DNA of 63,565 nt, counting the filler. It is 5 parts of 5 records of this genome, joined end to end, with 100 filler letters (N's around TTAATTAATTAA, not from the genome) between each part and the next. Parts side by side here need not be neighbours in the genome. Positions count along the whole stretch, not along the records: positions 1 to 24,063 come from SRR22947725_2484; 4 more parts are not named here. One strand, given 5' to 3'. The position numbers were made by a program, and so were the translations under genes. A model generated the notes under the pieces. The model was not told where the DNA came from, made no database searches, and was given only the letters and a program-made list of their open reading frames with translations. Positions 10,695 through 21,114 of the stretch are shown one piece after another. Position 1 is the first letter of the stretch; each line of letters begins with the position of its first letter.

Positions 10695-10813
10695 AAAACA
10701 AATGCTGAACTATTAAGAAATGAAGGGTAAGGCTAGAATTATTTTTGTTGATGCATCTTGTAGTTTATCGTTTTTGATATAAAATTCGACAAATTGTTTA
10801 GCCTAGTGAATCG

Positions 10814-11188
10814 ATGAAACTAAATCTCAGAATCTTAACACTTCTATTGATGGGCCTCTTTTCAATGTTCTCTTCGGTATCTTATGCCGACGAGTCGCCT
10901 GAATCGGTCCAGCTTACGTTAGCAGTTACAGCAGCTGACAGGATCAATCTAACGTCTGTCAAGATGGTTGAAAAAGGTTTGAATGCTTATGAAGCTATTA
11001 AGCAGTTAGTTGTTGTAGGAGTGAAAGATACAAGCTATGGTCCTCAAATCATGTCTCTGGGCGGAGTTGAGGCCATTGGAAATACCTATTGGGCTTTGTA
11101 TGTGAATGGCTCGATGTCGATGGTTGGAGCGCAAGATGTGATTCTTTTAGACGACACATTTATTCGCTTGAATATGGAAGACTTTTAA
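10814..11188 (+). CDS. Secreted DUF4430 / transcobalamin C-terminal-like domain protein
   Basis: Signal peptide (VSYA-DES); SYGPQIMSLGGV..YWALYVNG..SMVGA..L motif typical of this fold. Confidence 0.75.
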   Translation: MKLNLRILTLLLMGLFSMFSSVSYADESPESVQLTLAVTAADRINLTSVKMVEKGLNAYEAIKQLVVVGVKDTSYGPQIMSLGGVEAIGNTYWALYVNGSMSMVGAQDVILLDDTFIRLNMEDF

Positions 11189-11222
11189 GATATTATTGTT
11201 TCAAATTTAATGGAGAGAAAAG

Positions 11223-11810
11223 ATGGACAATCAAGATTATAAACTTAACTCAAGTTTTAGTTATTTAGTTATTTTGGCAGTCTTAATTGCCCTAGGTGTT
11301 GCAGGAAGACTGCTTCCGCATCCACCAAACTTTACGCCGATGGCGGCGATTGCACTGTTTGCAGGCTTTATTTTCGTTAAGAGATATATGGCTGTTGTTG
11401 CTGTAGTGGTAACAATGCTTCTATGTGATTACTTTGCCTTTGGAACAGTGTCTGCAGAATGGTTTGGCTCTAAGTCCATGTTTGTTGTTTACTTGGCATT
11501 ACTGTTTCCAATTGTATTTAAGAGCTTTCTTCAGAAAAAGCTCGGTGTTCTGAGAATAGCTGGTGCGGCTCTTGCGAGCTCCAGTGTGTTTTTTATAGCA
11601 ACGAATTTTGCAGTTTGGGCGTTCTCTCCGATGTACGCAAAAACATTTGAAGGTCTCGTTCTTTGCTATACGATGGCGATTCCTTTTTTCCAAAACACAA
11701 TCACAGGAGATCTAATCTGGTCAGGCGCAATCTTTGGATCTTACTTTGCTTTGCGTAACTACTCAAATTTGCAAATTTTCAATCAGAAAGATTCTTTAAT
11801 TTTTAATTAA
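11223..11810 (+). CDS. DUF6580-type membrane protein, ECF S-component-like (CbrT/BtuM-like)
   Basis: About six TM helices; RLLPHPPNFTPMAAIALF, FFIATNF.VW, CY..AIPFF.NT..GD. Confidence 0.72.
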   Translation: MDNQDYKLNSSFSYLVILAVLIALGVAGRLLPHPPNFTPMAAIALFAGFIFVKRYMAVVAVVVTMLLCDYFAFGTVSAEWFGSKSMFVVYLALLFPIVFKSFLQKKLGVLRIAGAALASSSVFFIATNFAVWAFSPMYAKTFEGLVLCYTMAIPFFQNTITGDLIWSGAIFGSYFALRNYSNLQIFNQKDSLIFN

Positions 11811-11857
11811 AGTTATTGCTTTGATCAATGATTTTTTAAACTGATCAAATTGATGCT

Positions 11858-12739
11858 ATGAGTAATCATTTAAAAGGACTTTTAATGACTATCTTTGCGG
11901 TAGTCATCCTCAGCCCTGATTCAGTTTTAATTAGATTAGTCGAGGATGCATCCCCTGATGTTGATAGTTGGACGGTGCTTTTTTGGAGAGGAGCTTTATA
12001 TGCAGTCGGAGTCTCGACACTGGTCTTTTTAAAGTATCGCTCCAAGACCATATCAGAATTCAAAAATATTGGAAAGGGCGGCTTGTTAATTGGTTTCTTT
12101 TCAGGCATTAGTACAGGAACCTTTGTCTTTGCTATTGTCTACACATCGATTGCAAATGCTCTCGTTATTATCAGTACGGGCCCCATCATGATTGCAATTG
12201 TGGCGTGGGTCTTGCTTCGAGAGAAGTCTAGCCTGGTGACCTGGATTGCAATGGTTATTGTTTTTATTGGAATTTATATTGTGATGAGTGGAAGTGTCGG
12301 CGGTAAGAGCCTTGTGGGTGACTTTTTCGCTCTTATCACTGCTGTAATGATGGGCTTTACCTTTACGCTGACTAGAAAATATAAAGACATCAATATGGTC
12401 CCTGTGAATGCCATTGGCGGCCTCATTGCAGCAATAATAGCTGTTTTTATGGCCAATACAATAGCGATCCCCAAAGAGGTTGTGACTTACATTATTGCAA
12501 TGGGTGTCATACTTTCAATCTCCTTTAGTTTAATCACCATTGCGCCAAGGTATATGCCTGCTGCTGAAGTTGGAATGATTATGCCTTTAGAGACTGTTCT
12601 GGGTTCGTTGATTGCTTGGTATATCATTAAAGAGGAGCCAACAATGAATGCTCTCATTGGAGGCTCTATCGTTATCGTTACCTTATTCTTGCATTCCTGG
12701 TATAGCACCAATCAAGCTCATAAACTTGAAAAAATCTAG
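11858..12739 (+). CDS. DMT/EamA family transporter
   Basis: About 10 TM helices in two EamA repeats; SPD..LIRL, LFWRG, PAAEV. Confidence 0.88.
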   Translation: MSNHLKGLLMTIFAVVILSPDSVLIRLVEDASPDVDSWTVLFWRGALYAVGVSTLVFLKYRSKTISEFKNIGKGGLLIGFFSGISTGTFVFAIVYTSIANALVIISTGPIMIAIVAWVLLREKSSLVTWIAMVIVFIGIYIVMSGSVGGKSLVGDFFALITAVMMGFTFTLTRKYKDINMVPVNAIGGLIAAIIAVFMANTIAIPKEVVTYIIAMGVILSISFSLITIAPRYMPAAEVGMIMPLETVLGSLIAWYIIKEEPTMNALIGGSIVIVTLFLHSWYSTNQAHKLEKI

Positions 12740-12749
12740 GGACTATTAG

Positions 12750-13604
12750 ATGTCTACTCACTTAAAAGGCATGTTGATGGCTTTTCTTGGTGTTTTTATA
12801 TTAACACCTGATGGCGTCTTAATTCGTTTAGCTGATGCAGACAGTTGGTCAATTATTTTTTGGCGTGGCTTTTTTTTCGCAATTGGCGTTCTTATTATTC
12901 TTTTGATGACTTCAGGCTCCAAAGCTGTTGATGAAGTTAAGCAAATAGGTAAAGATGGCATATTCATTGGCATCCTTACAGGCCTTGGAAGTGTGACATT
13001 TGTGTTTTCAATTCATCACACTACAATAGCCAGTACGCTTGTTATTGTGAGCATCATGCCAATGATGATTGCGGTTATTTCATGGCTGATTCTAAGAGAA
13101 AAGTCAGGAATTTTTACTTGGATTTCAATGGTTATTGTTGTCATTGGAATTTATATTGTAATGAGCGGAGAGACTAAAGGTTCAAATCTCTATGGAAATC
13201 TACTGGCACTTCTTTCTGTGACTTTGGGTGCGACTGGTTTTACTCTTATCAGAAAAAATAAAGATATAAGTATGATTCCTGCTATGGGTATTAATGGACT
13301 CGTTCAGTCGGTGGTCGCCTTGGTTTTTATTGAAGCAGTGATATTGAGTTTTGATGCTATGATCTATATTTTTGCAATGGGCGTAATGCAGGCATTATCA
13401 TTTAGTTTGATTACAAGTGCAGGCAGGTATATCCCGGCAACTGAAGTAGGAATGTTTATGCCGTTAGGGGCAGTTTTTGGAATTGTAGCTGGATGGTTAA
13501 TTATTAGTGAAGAGCCTTCAAGTAGTGCTTTAATTGGTGGCTTTATAGTGCTATTAACATTATTTATACATTCTTGGTATTCCAATAATCTGGATAAAGG
13601 TTAG
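12750..13604 (+). CDS. DMT/EamA family transporter (paralog of the upstream gene)
   Basis: TPD..LIRL, IFWRG, PATEV; same architecture as the upstream gene. Confidence 0.88.
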   Translation: MSTHLKGMLMAFLGVFILTPDGVLIRLADADSWSIIFWRGFFFAIGVLIILLMTSGSKAVDEVKQIGKDGIFIGILTGLGSVTFVFSIHHTTIASTLVIVSIMPMMIAVISWLILREKSGIFTWISMVIVVIGIYIVMSGETKGSNLYGNLLALLSVTLGATGFTLIRKNKDISMIPAMGINGLVQSVVALVFIEAVILSFDAMIYIFAMGVMQALSFSLITSAGRYIPATEVGMFMPLGAVFGIVAGWLIISEEPSSSALIGGFIVLLTLFIHSWYSNNLDKG

Positions 13605-13682
13605 TAATAAATAGAATGATAGGTCATTTATTTTTGACTAAAATGCATGGCTGCTTAACGTTCAATTCTTTAACTAAGACTA

Positions 13683-14582
13683 ATGATAAAAAATAAAGTA
13701 ATTAGGGCTGATCTCATTATGCTTCTTGCAGCAGCAATATGGGGATTTGCATTTGTTGCGCAGCGAGAAGGCATGGAGACGATGGGTCCATTTCTTTTTA
13801 ATGCTGCTAGATTCTTTATAGGCTCAGCTGTTTTATTTCCATTAGTCTGGTATCTATCAAAGAAAAATAAGACCCCAACAAACAAGGAAACATCAACTAA
13901 AAAATTATTAATTGCAGGCACAATTGCTGGATTATTTTTATTTTTAGCTTCCAGTTTTCAGCAAGTTGGAATTCAGTATACAACTGCTGGAAAAGCCGGT
14001 TTTATAACTGGTTTGTACATTTTTTTTGTACCGCTGATTGGCATCTTTTTTGGCCAAAGAACTGGCTCTGGAACTTGGTTGGGTGCATTTATAGCAGTCA
14101 TAGGGCTCTATCTTCTAAGTATCAATGATGACTTTAGTATTGCACGCGGTGATTTGCTTCAGCTTATATGCGCTGTTTTCTTTGCTGCACATATTTTAGT
14201 CGTGGGCTATGTTGCTAAAAGAATGGATCCTTTAAAGCTTTCCCTGATTCAATATGTTGTTTCAGGCGTTTTGAGTTTCTTTATTGCAATTGCTATCGAA
14301 GTGATCACTTGGCAGATGATTGTCGATACTGCAATTCCACTGCTTTATGCTGGAGTTATGTCAATTGGGGTTGGATATACGCTTCAGGTTGTTGCTCAGC
14401 AGCACGCTAAATCATCTCACGCCGCTATCATATTGGGATTAGAGGGGGCTTTTGCAGTTCTTGGTGGTTGGCTCATATTAGATGAAAACCTATCATCGAG
14501 AGGTCTTATCGGTTGTGGATTAATGCTTTCTGGAATGTTCTTATCTCAGTTATTGCCTCGTTTAAGCCTTAAAAAAAGCTAA
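13683..14582 (+). CDS. DMT/EamA family transporter
   Basis: IWGFAFVAQ, FQQVGIQYTTAGKAGFITGLY, YTLQVVAQ. Confidence 0.9.
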   Translation: MIKNKVIRADLIMLLAAAIWGFAFVAQREGMETMGPFLFNAARFFIGSAVLFPLVWYLSKKNKTPTNKETSTKKLLIAGTIAGLFLFLASSFQQVGIQYTTAGKAGFITGLYIFFVPLIGIFFGQRTGSGTWLGAFIAVIGLYLLSINDDFSIARGDLLQLICAVFFAAHILVVGYVAKRMDPLKLSLIQYVVSGVLSFFIAIAIEVITWQMIVDTAIPLLYAGVMSIGVGYTLQVVAQQHAKSSHAAIILGLEGAFAVLGGWLILDENLSSRGLIGCGLMLSGMFLSQLLPRLSLKKS

Positions 14583-14651
14583 TCTAAGAAAAACTATTTA
14601 TCATGGTATTATTAGCCAGCTTCTTTGTGTTTAATACAATAGTGGAAATTG

Positions 14652-15431
14652 ATGAATATTATCGATCTTCAAAACATAACGGTATTTCAAGGAAGAAATA
14701 AGGTCCTTGATAATTTCTCTTTAACGATTGACGAAAGTCAAAGTACCGTCATTTTAGGTCCAAATGGTTCTGGCAAAACAACCCTTCTTAAGCTCTTAAA
14801 TCGAGAACTTTACATCGTTGAAGACCCAAGGAGCAGTCTTAAGATTTTTGAAAAAGACAAGTGGAATGTTGACGATCTGAGATCAAATCTTGGCGTTGTC
14901 TCCCAGCACCTTCAGCAGGGTTATTCTGAGAGTACGATTGGTTTGTATGTTGTTCTCTCTGGGTTTTATTCTAGCGACGGGATATGGCAGCACCAAACAT
15001 ATGAAGATGATAAGTTAAATCGCGCTAAAGAGGTTATGGATCTATTGTCTATATCTGATCTGCAAGATAGAGCATTCTCTTCGATGTCTACAGGTGAGCA
15101 ACGAAAATTTTTGCTTGCAAGATCTCTGGTTAATGACCCTGCCGTTTTAGTGTTCGATGAGCCTACCAGTGGCCTAGATATGAGTACCTGTTTTCAGTAT
15201 CTTGAAATCATTAGAGAGCTCATCAGTATGGGTAAAAAAGTGGTCTTGGTAACGCATCACGTTCATGAAATTCCGCCCGAGGTAACCAGAGTCATTCTTT
15301 TAAAAGAGGGTAAGATTATCGATGATGGCAACAAGGATGAAATTTTAACGAACGCTAACCTGACTAACCTGTTTGACTGGCCTATTAAGGTTATTAAAGA
15401 AAACGGATATTACCAAGCAATGCCTGGCTAG
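14652..15431 (+). CDS. ABC transporter ATP-binding protein (ModF/YlmA-like), stand-alone
   Basis: GPNGSGKTT, MSTGEQR, VFDEPTSGLD, VTHHVHEIP. Confidence 0.9.
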   Translation: MNIIDLQNITVFQGRNKVLDNFSLTIDESQSTVILGPNGSGKTTLLKLLNRELYIVEDPRSSLKIFEKDKWNVDDLRSNLGVVSQHLQQGYSESTIGLYVVLSGFYSSDGIWQHQTYEDDKLNRAKEVMDLLSISDLQDRAFSSMSTGEQRKFLLARSLVNDPAVLVFDEPTSGLDMSTCFQYLEIIRELISMGKKVVLVTHHVHEIPPEVTRVILLKEGKIIDDGNKDEILTNANLTNLFDWPIKVIKENGYYQAMPG

Positions 15432-16730
15432 CTAGTCTTTGTCTGTTCGATAAAGAGCCGATAGTGCATGCGCCTGAAGGCCTTCACCATAAGCCAGCGT
15501 TGAGGCAGTCTTGCCAAGTTTATTAGCACCTTCTTTTGAAGCCATAATGATGCTAGATCGCTTTGTAAAGTCATAGACTCCGAGCGGTGATGAAAACCTT
15601 GCAGTACCCGACGTTGGAAGAACATGGTTTGTGCCAGCGCAATAATCTCCAAGCGCTTCAGAAGAGTACTGGCCCATAAAGATTGCACCTGCATGTTTGA
15701 TTTCATCAACAATACTTTCAGGGTCTATAACAGAAAGCTCAAGGTGCTCTGGCGCTATGTCATTAGAGATTTGTATCGCCTCAGCAATGTCTTTAGTCAG
15801 AATGAGAGCGCCTCTATTCTTTAATGAAGTCCGAATAATTTCTTCTCGATCCATAGAAGGTAGTAGTTTGGTAATACTCTCTTCAACTTGACTGATAAAG
15901 GCTTCGTCTGGACAAAGAAGGATTGCCTGAGCATCTTCATCATGCTCGGCCTGTGAGAAAAGATCCATCGCAATCCAGTCTGGGTTCGTTGTGCCATCAC
16001 AAATAATCAGTATTTCTGAGGGACCTGCTATCATATCAATGCCGACCTGACCAAAAACGTGTCTCTTTGCTGTAGCCACATAGATATTTCCAGGGCCAAC
16101 AATCTTATCTACTTTGGGGATAGTCTCGGTTCCATAAGCAAGTGCTGCGATGGCTTGAGCTCCGCCAATAGTAAATACAAGGTCAACCTCAGCAACATAA
16201 GCGGCAGCTAAAACGAGCTCATTGATGAGACCTTTTGGTGTTGGAACAACCATAACGAGTTCTTTAACGCCGGCTACTTTTGCAGGTATAGCGTTCATAA
16301 GGACAGAGGATGGATAAGCAGCTTTGCCTCCAGGAACATAGAGTCCAGCGCGATCTAATGGAATAATTTTTTGACCTAAAACCGTTCCATCATCTTCTGT
16401 GTATTGCCAGGACTTTTGAGTTTGCTTTTGGTGATAAGACTTGATGCGATCAGCAGCTATAGAAAGGGCTATTTTTTGTTCCTCATCTAAATTATCAAAA
16501 GACTGTTTTAGTCTCTCTTTTGAGATAATAAGTTCTGAAAGAGAGATTGCATCAACAGAGTCAAATTTTTGAGTGTAATCTAGAACAGACTGGTCACCAT
16601 TTTTGATAACGTCATCAATAATTTTTTTAACTGTACTGTTTACCTCTTCATTGGAAGAGTTATCCCAAGATGTTAATGAGTTGAGCATCTCATTAAAATT
16701 TTGATCCTCAGAGGATAACTTATTAATCAT
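15432..16730 (-). CDS. hisD: Histidinol dehydrogenase
   Basis: [49 protein letters not shown] 16730 overlaps the hisG stop. Confidence 0.97.
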   Translation of the reverse strand: MINKLSSEDQNFNEMLNSLTSWDNSSNEEVNSTVKKIIDDVIKNGDQSVLDYTQKFDSVDAISLSELIISKERLKQSFDNLDEEQKIALSIAADRIKSYHQKQTQKSWQYTEDDGTVLGQKIIPLDRAGLYVPGGKAAYPSSVLMNAIPAKVAGVKELVMVVPTPKGLINELVLAAAYVAEVDLVFTIGGAQAIAALAYGTETIPKVDKIVGPGNIYVATAKRHVFGQVGIDMIAGPSEILIICDGTTNPDWIAMDLFSQAEHDEDAQAILLCPDEAFISQVEESITKLLPSMDREEIIRTSLKNRGALILTKDIAEAIQISNDIAPEHLELSVIDPESIVDEIKHAGAIFMGQYSSEALGDYCAGTNHVLPTSGTARFSSPLGVYDFTKRSSIIMASKEGANKLGKTASTLAYGEGLQAHALSALYRTDKD

Positions 16731-17344
16731 AAGTTTTGCTCTATTTTTTGGATCCATTGATTAATGTCTTTGTGTTTGGTGTTGAAAGCGGCAGAGTTTA
16801 CAATTAGTCTTGAGCTGATCTCTTGAATTAATTCGAGCGGAACTAAATTGTTTGCTTTTAAAGTGTTTCCAGTGTCTACTAGATCAACGATACAGTCTGA
16901 AAGTCCAACAATGGGCGCAAGTTCCATAGCGCCATATAGCTTAATGACTTCAACCTGCTTGCCTTGTTTATAAAAATATTCTTTTGCTGATTTGACATAC
17001 TTTGTAGCAACCTTCAGAGTGCTCTTGTTTAAGTCTTGATCTTTTTTAGAGGCAACCATGAGTCTGCATTTGGAGATACCTAAATCCAGCAACTCAAAAA
17101 TTCCACTTGCACCATGCTCTAACAAAACATCTTTTCCAGCAATTCCTACGTCAGCAGCACCGTGTTGAACAAAAACAGGGACATCACTTGCTCTAATCAC
17201 AATCACTTTAACGTTATTAAGGTTAGTGTCTAGAATTAATTTTCTGCTTTCTAACTCTTTCTTTGGAATGCTGATTCCGGCTTTCTCAAGAAGAGGCAGA
17301 GTCTGGTCTAATATACGACCTTTCGATAGCGCAATCGTTAACAT
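16727..17344 (-). CDS. hisG: ATP phosphoribosyltransferase, short (HisZ-dependent) form
   Basis: [39 protein letters not shown]; 205 aa. Confidence 0.96.
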   Translation of the reverse strand: MLTIALSKGRILDQTLPLLEKAGISIPKKELESRKLILDTNLNNVKVIVIRASDVPVFVQHGAADVGIAGKDVLLEHGASGIFELLDLGISKCRLMVASKKDQDLNKSTLKVATKYVKSAKEYFYKQGKQVEVIKLYGAMELAPIVGLSDCIVDLVDTGNTLKANNLVPLELIQEISSRLIVNSAAFNTKHKDINQWIQKIEQNL

Positions 17345-17370
17345 AGTTATTATCTAGTTGTCTTATTATT

Positions 17371-18630
17371 CTAGTGCTGAACGCGTTCGATATCTGCGCC
17401 TAGCATTTTAAATTTTTCTTCAATCATCTCATAACCGCGATCAAGATGATAGACACGCTCGATTGTCGTAGACCCTTGAGCAGCTAGACCAGCCAATACT
17501 AAACTGGCAGAAGCCCTAAGATCTGTAGCCATCAAATTCGCGCCAGTCAAAGATTTTACCCCTTTACACACTACTGTGTTACCTTCTAGTTTGAGGTTGG
17601 CTCCCATACGACTGAGCTCAGGAACGTGCATAAAGCGATTTTCGAAGATCGTTTCTGTAATGGTACTGCTTCCTTCAGCAATAGAGTTAAGCGCCATGAA
17701 TTGAGCCTGCATATCCGTTGGAAAGTTGGGGTATGCGCTGGTACGAATATTGACAGGATGAGGCCTTTTACCTTTCATATCTAGCTTTATAGAGTTTTGA
17801 TTCGTTTGAATATCTGCACCAGTTTCAATAAGCTTACCAAGGACAGCCCGCATAGCATCTGGTTCAATATTATTGATTGTAATTTTACCGCCCGTAATTG
17901 CTGCAGCCACAAGATAAGTGCCTGCTTCGATTCTATCAGGGCAAATTGAATATTCAACACCACTTAATTGATCAACGCCTTCAATAACAATAGTAGAGGT
18001 ATTTTCACCTGAAATTTTAGCTCCCATTTTCTTCAAGCATCGAATAAGATCAGTTACCTCAGGCTCTTGTGCGGCATTATTAATGGTTGTGATCCCTTTA
18101 GCAAGAGTTGCAGCCATAACAATATTTTCAGTAGCCGTAACAGAGATCAAATCAAAGTTAATTTGGGCACCAACAAGCCCAATAGTTGTTGCATAAATGT
18201 AACCATTTTTTACTTCTATTTTGGCGCCCATCTTTTCTAAGGCGTCAAGGTGAAGGTTTACTGGACGCGTTCCAATAGCACAGCCTCCAGGCAGAGATAT
18301 TTTTGCTTTCTTATATTTAGCAAGCATGGGGCCAAGGGTTAAGATAGATGCGCGCATAGTTTTAACGAGCGAGTATTCAGCAGTCAAATTAGTTAGAGTT
18401 GAAGAGTCAATAAAGATTGAGCCATCTTCTTCGAGGACAAAATTTGACCCCATATCCATAAGCAACCTTAGTGTCGTTGAAACATCACTCAGTTGAGGTG
18501 TGTTTGATAGCTTGAGAGGAGTATCTGCTAGAATAGATGAAAAAAAAATAGGGAGAGTTGCATTTTTTGATCCAGAGGTTTTAATTCTTCCTTTTAGGGG
18601 GGTACCTCCATGTATAACTAATTTGTACAT
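17371..18630 (-). CDS. murA: UDP-N-acetylglucosamine 1-carboxyvinyltransferase
   Basis: SGSKNATLP, MRAS, PGGCAIGTRP, FPTDMQAQ, DLRASA. Confidence 0.98.
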   Translation of the reverse strand: MYKLVIHGGTPLKGRIKTSGSKNATLPIFFSSILADTPLKLSNTPQLSDVSTTLRLLMDMGSNFVLEEDGSIFIDSSTLTNLTAEYSLVKTMRASILTLGPMLAKYKKAKISLPGGCAIGTRPVNLHLDALEKMGAKIEVKNGYIYATTIGLVGAQINFDLISVTATENIVMAATLAKGITTINNAAQEPEVTDLIRCLKKMGAKISGENTSTIVIEGVDQLSGVEYSICPDRIEAGTYLVAAAITGGKITINNIEPDAMRAVLGKLIETGADIQTNQNSIKLDMKGKRPHPVNIRTSAYPNFPTDMQAQFMALNSIAEGSSTITETIFENRFMHVPELSRMGANLKLEGNTVVCKGVKSLTGANLMATDLRASASLVLAGLAAQGSTTIERVYHLDRGYEMIEEKFKMLGADIERVQH

Positions 18631-18634
18631 TTAT

Positions 18635-19273
18635 TTAAGATCTCGAAAGCATTTTTTCAACCAGCTTTTCAATACCTTGCCGTTTAATTTTAGAGTCATA
18701 GCCAATTCTTTCGATATCCAAAATACTGATTGATTGGTATTCAAGATCATATAGCTTCCATCTACTTTTTTTAATTAATTTAAGCGTAACAGAGGCATTC
18801 GCACTATTATCTTCTAAAGAAACTATTATTCTTACTCTTGCAGTATTGTCTGTTTGAACAAAGTTTTTATCAACTGAAATATTAATATCTTTCCATTTTT
18901 CAATATCAGCTAATACACCAACATAGTCATTAATTAAGGAGTTTTTAATATCTCTCTCAAATATTTTCTTCTGTCTGGAGTCTAATTGTCCCCAATATTT
19001 ACCCAAAGCTAGCTCAGTAGTTTGCTCAAGATCAATGTATGGAAGAATTTTCTTTTTAGTTAAATTAAGAGTCGAAGTTAATGTCCCATTATTCTGATCA
19101 TTGAGATCAATAAATGCACAGACAATGTCATTTAGAATGGCTTCAACTTGATCAGTTGGTTCTTCACCAGCTAATTTAGGAGAGATTGAAGGGCAGATTG
19201 TTGCAGCATGTATTAACCCGATAAAGAGAAAATTAATCAGGAATGCCTTTAAAATATTAAGGACAAATTTCAT
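18635..19273 (-). CDS. mlaC: MlaC/Ttg2D-like periplasmic phospholipid-binding protein
   Basis: Signal peptide, ALGKYW, WKLYDL..ISI; upstream of murA as in the mla-murA cluster. Confidence 0.72.
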   Translation of the reverse strand: MKFVLNILKAFLINFLFIGLIHAATICPSISPKLAGEEPTDQVEAILNDIVCAFIDLNDQNNGTLTSTLNLTKKKILPYIDLEQTTELALGKYWGQLDSRQKKIFERDIKNSLINDYVGVLADIEKWKDINISVDKNFVQTDNTARVRIIVSLEDNSANASVTLKLIKKSRWKLYDLEYQSISILDIERIGYDSKIKRQGIEKLVEKMLSRS

Positions 19274-19311
19274 GAGACTATTGTACTATAACTGTGAAAT
19301 AAATTATTGAA

Positions 19312-21105
19312 ATGAAAAACGAAAATTTAAAAATAAAATTAGAAAACCTGTCAAGAGAATCTGGCGTCTATAAGATGCTTGATAAATCAGGAAAAGTTAT
19401 CTATGTTGGTAAAGCAAAAAACCTAAAAAACCGAGTTTCAAATTATTTTGTAAAGTCAAACCAAGACGAAAAAACACAGCTGCTCCAAAAAAATATTGAT
19501 GATTTTTCAATCATCATCACTAAAACTGAAACACAGGCCCTTCTCTTAGAGAATGATCTCATTAAGCAGTTTAAGCCAAAGTTCAACATTCTTCTTAAGG
19601 ACTCAAAGAGCTACCCCTATATTTATATTAGTGACGACAAGCATCCTCGTCTAGGCATGTTTAGAGGCAAGAAAAATAAAGGGTATCACTATTTTGGCCC
19701 ATACCCATCTAAGTATGCGGCAAGAGATGCACTAGTTCTTTTAAAAAAGATCTTTAAAGTGAGACAATGCAGTAACAGTTTTTATAGGGCACGATCACGC
19801 CCCTGTCTTGAATACCAGATCGGATTATGCAGCGCACCATGTGTTGGAAAAATCTCTGATGAGAGGTATGAACAGGATGTAGGTCTGGTTTCTTTATTTT
19901 TAAATGGTAAGTCAACTAGGCTCCTGAACCAAGTATCCAAACAAATGAAGTCTGCCTCCACTGATCTCGATTTTGAAGCTGCTGCAAAATACAGAGATCA
20001 GCTCATCAGTTTAAGAATAATTCAAGAAAAGCACAGCTCGCAATTTGCATCTGATATGGATGTCGTTAGCATCTTAAAAGATGCCGAGGTGCACTGCATT
20101 GAGATTGTTTTTGTTCGCTCAGGAAAACAAATTGGTAACGAGACATTCTTTCCAAAAAATGCAAAAAAAGATTCCTGTGAAAGAGTTCTAAGCGCTTTTT
20201 TACCGCTCTATTATTTAGGTAAAAATACGCCCAAGGAGATAGTCATTAGTCACAAGATGGAGGATAAAACTCTTTTAGAAGATGGGCTATCTACAAGGCT
20301 TATTCATAAACCTAAGATTGATAAAAAACTGTTTTTGGAAATGGCAACTTTAAACGCTAAAGAAAATTTAAAGCAGCGCCTTTTACTTAAATATACAAAA
20401 ATGAAGCAGCTTGAGGGGATCCAAAAAACGTTAGCACTTGACTCACTGCCAGAGGTGATGGAGTGTTTTGACATCAGTCACACCATGGGAGAGGCGACGA
20501 CTGCCTCTTGTGTTGTGTTTGAAAAAGGATTGCCAAATACTAGTAAGTATAGGCAGTTCAACATTAAAGATATAACCCCTGGTGATGATTATGCAGCCAT
20601 TAATCAGGCAGTTTTTAGAAGGTATTCTCGTCTTCTTGAATCCAAAAAGAAGATGCCAGATATTATTTTTATTGATGGCGGATTGGGGCAGCTTAACCAA
20701 GCCATCATGGTTATGAATTCAATTGGAATTGACTCAGTTCTCCTTGTTGGTGTTGCTAAAGGTGAGGGCAGAAAAGCAGGATTAGAGACTTTGATCACTG
20801 TTGAAAATGACAAAGTGAAAAGGATTTCACTTCCGCCATTTGATCCTGCTCTTCTTTTAATCAATCATATCAGAGATGAGTCACATCGATTTGCAATTAA
20901 AAATCATCGCAAGAAAAGAGCTAAAAAAAGAACTCAGTCAACCTTAGAATCTATTAAAGGGGTTGGCGTAAACAAAAGAAGTGCACTATTAAATCACTTT
21001 GGCGGAATTCAAGAAATAGAAAATGCAAGCGTAGATGAGCTGCAAAAAGTAGTTGGCATTAATTATAAATTAGCGACTAAAATACGAGAATCTTTAAAGA
21101 AATAA
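19312..21105 (+). CDS. uvrC: Excinuclease ABC subunit C
   Basis: GVY..IYVGKAKNLKNRV GIY-YIG domain, ECFDISH, IDGGLGQ, RDESHRFA, HhH. Confidence 0.97.
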   Translation: MKNENLKIKLENLSRESGVYKMLDKSGKVIYVGKAKNLKNRVSNYFVKSNQDEKTQLLQKNIDDFSIIITKTETQALLLENDLIKQFKPKFNILLKDSKSYPYIYISDDKHPRLGMFRGKKNKGYHYFGPYPSKYAARDALVLLKKIFKVRQCSNSFYRARSRPCLEYQIGLCSAPCVGKISDERYEQDVGLVSLFLNGKSTRLLNQVSKQMKSASTDLDFEAAAKYRDQLISLRIIQEKHSSQFASDMDVVSILKDAEVHCIEIVFVRSGKQIGNETFFPKNAKKDSCERVLSAFLPLYYLGKNTPKEIVISHKMEDKTLLEDGLSTRLIHKPKIDKKLFLEMATLNAKENLKQRLLLKYTKMKQLEGIQKTLALDSLPEVMECFDISHTMGEATTASCVVFEKGLPNTSKYRQFNIKDITPGDDYAAINQAVFRRYSRLLESKKKMPDIIFIDGGLGQLNQAIMVMNSIGIDSVLLVGVAKGEGRKAGLETLITVENDKVKRISLPPFDPALLLINHIRDESHRFAIKNHRKKRAKKRTQSTLESIKGVGVNKRSALLNHFGGIQEIENASVDELQKVVGINYKLATKIRESLKK

Positions 21106-21114
21106 ATTGAATCT

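Noticed and set aside
10695-10813. Cobalamin riboswitch upstream of the DUF4430 gene
   Set aside because: The region is short and AT-rich with no B12-box or GGGAA core motifs.
11820-11849. TTTGATCA...TGATCAAA inverted repeat as an FNR site or terminator
   Set aside because: Spacing does not fit TTGAT-N4-ATCAA, the stem is weak and there is no U-tract.
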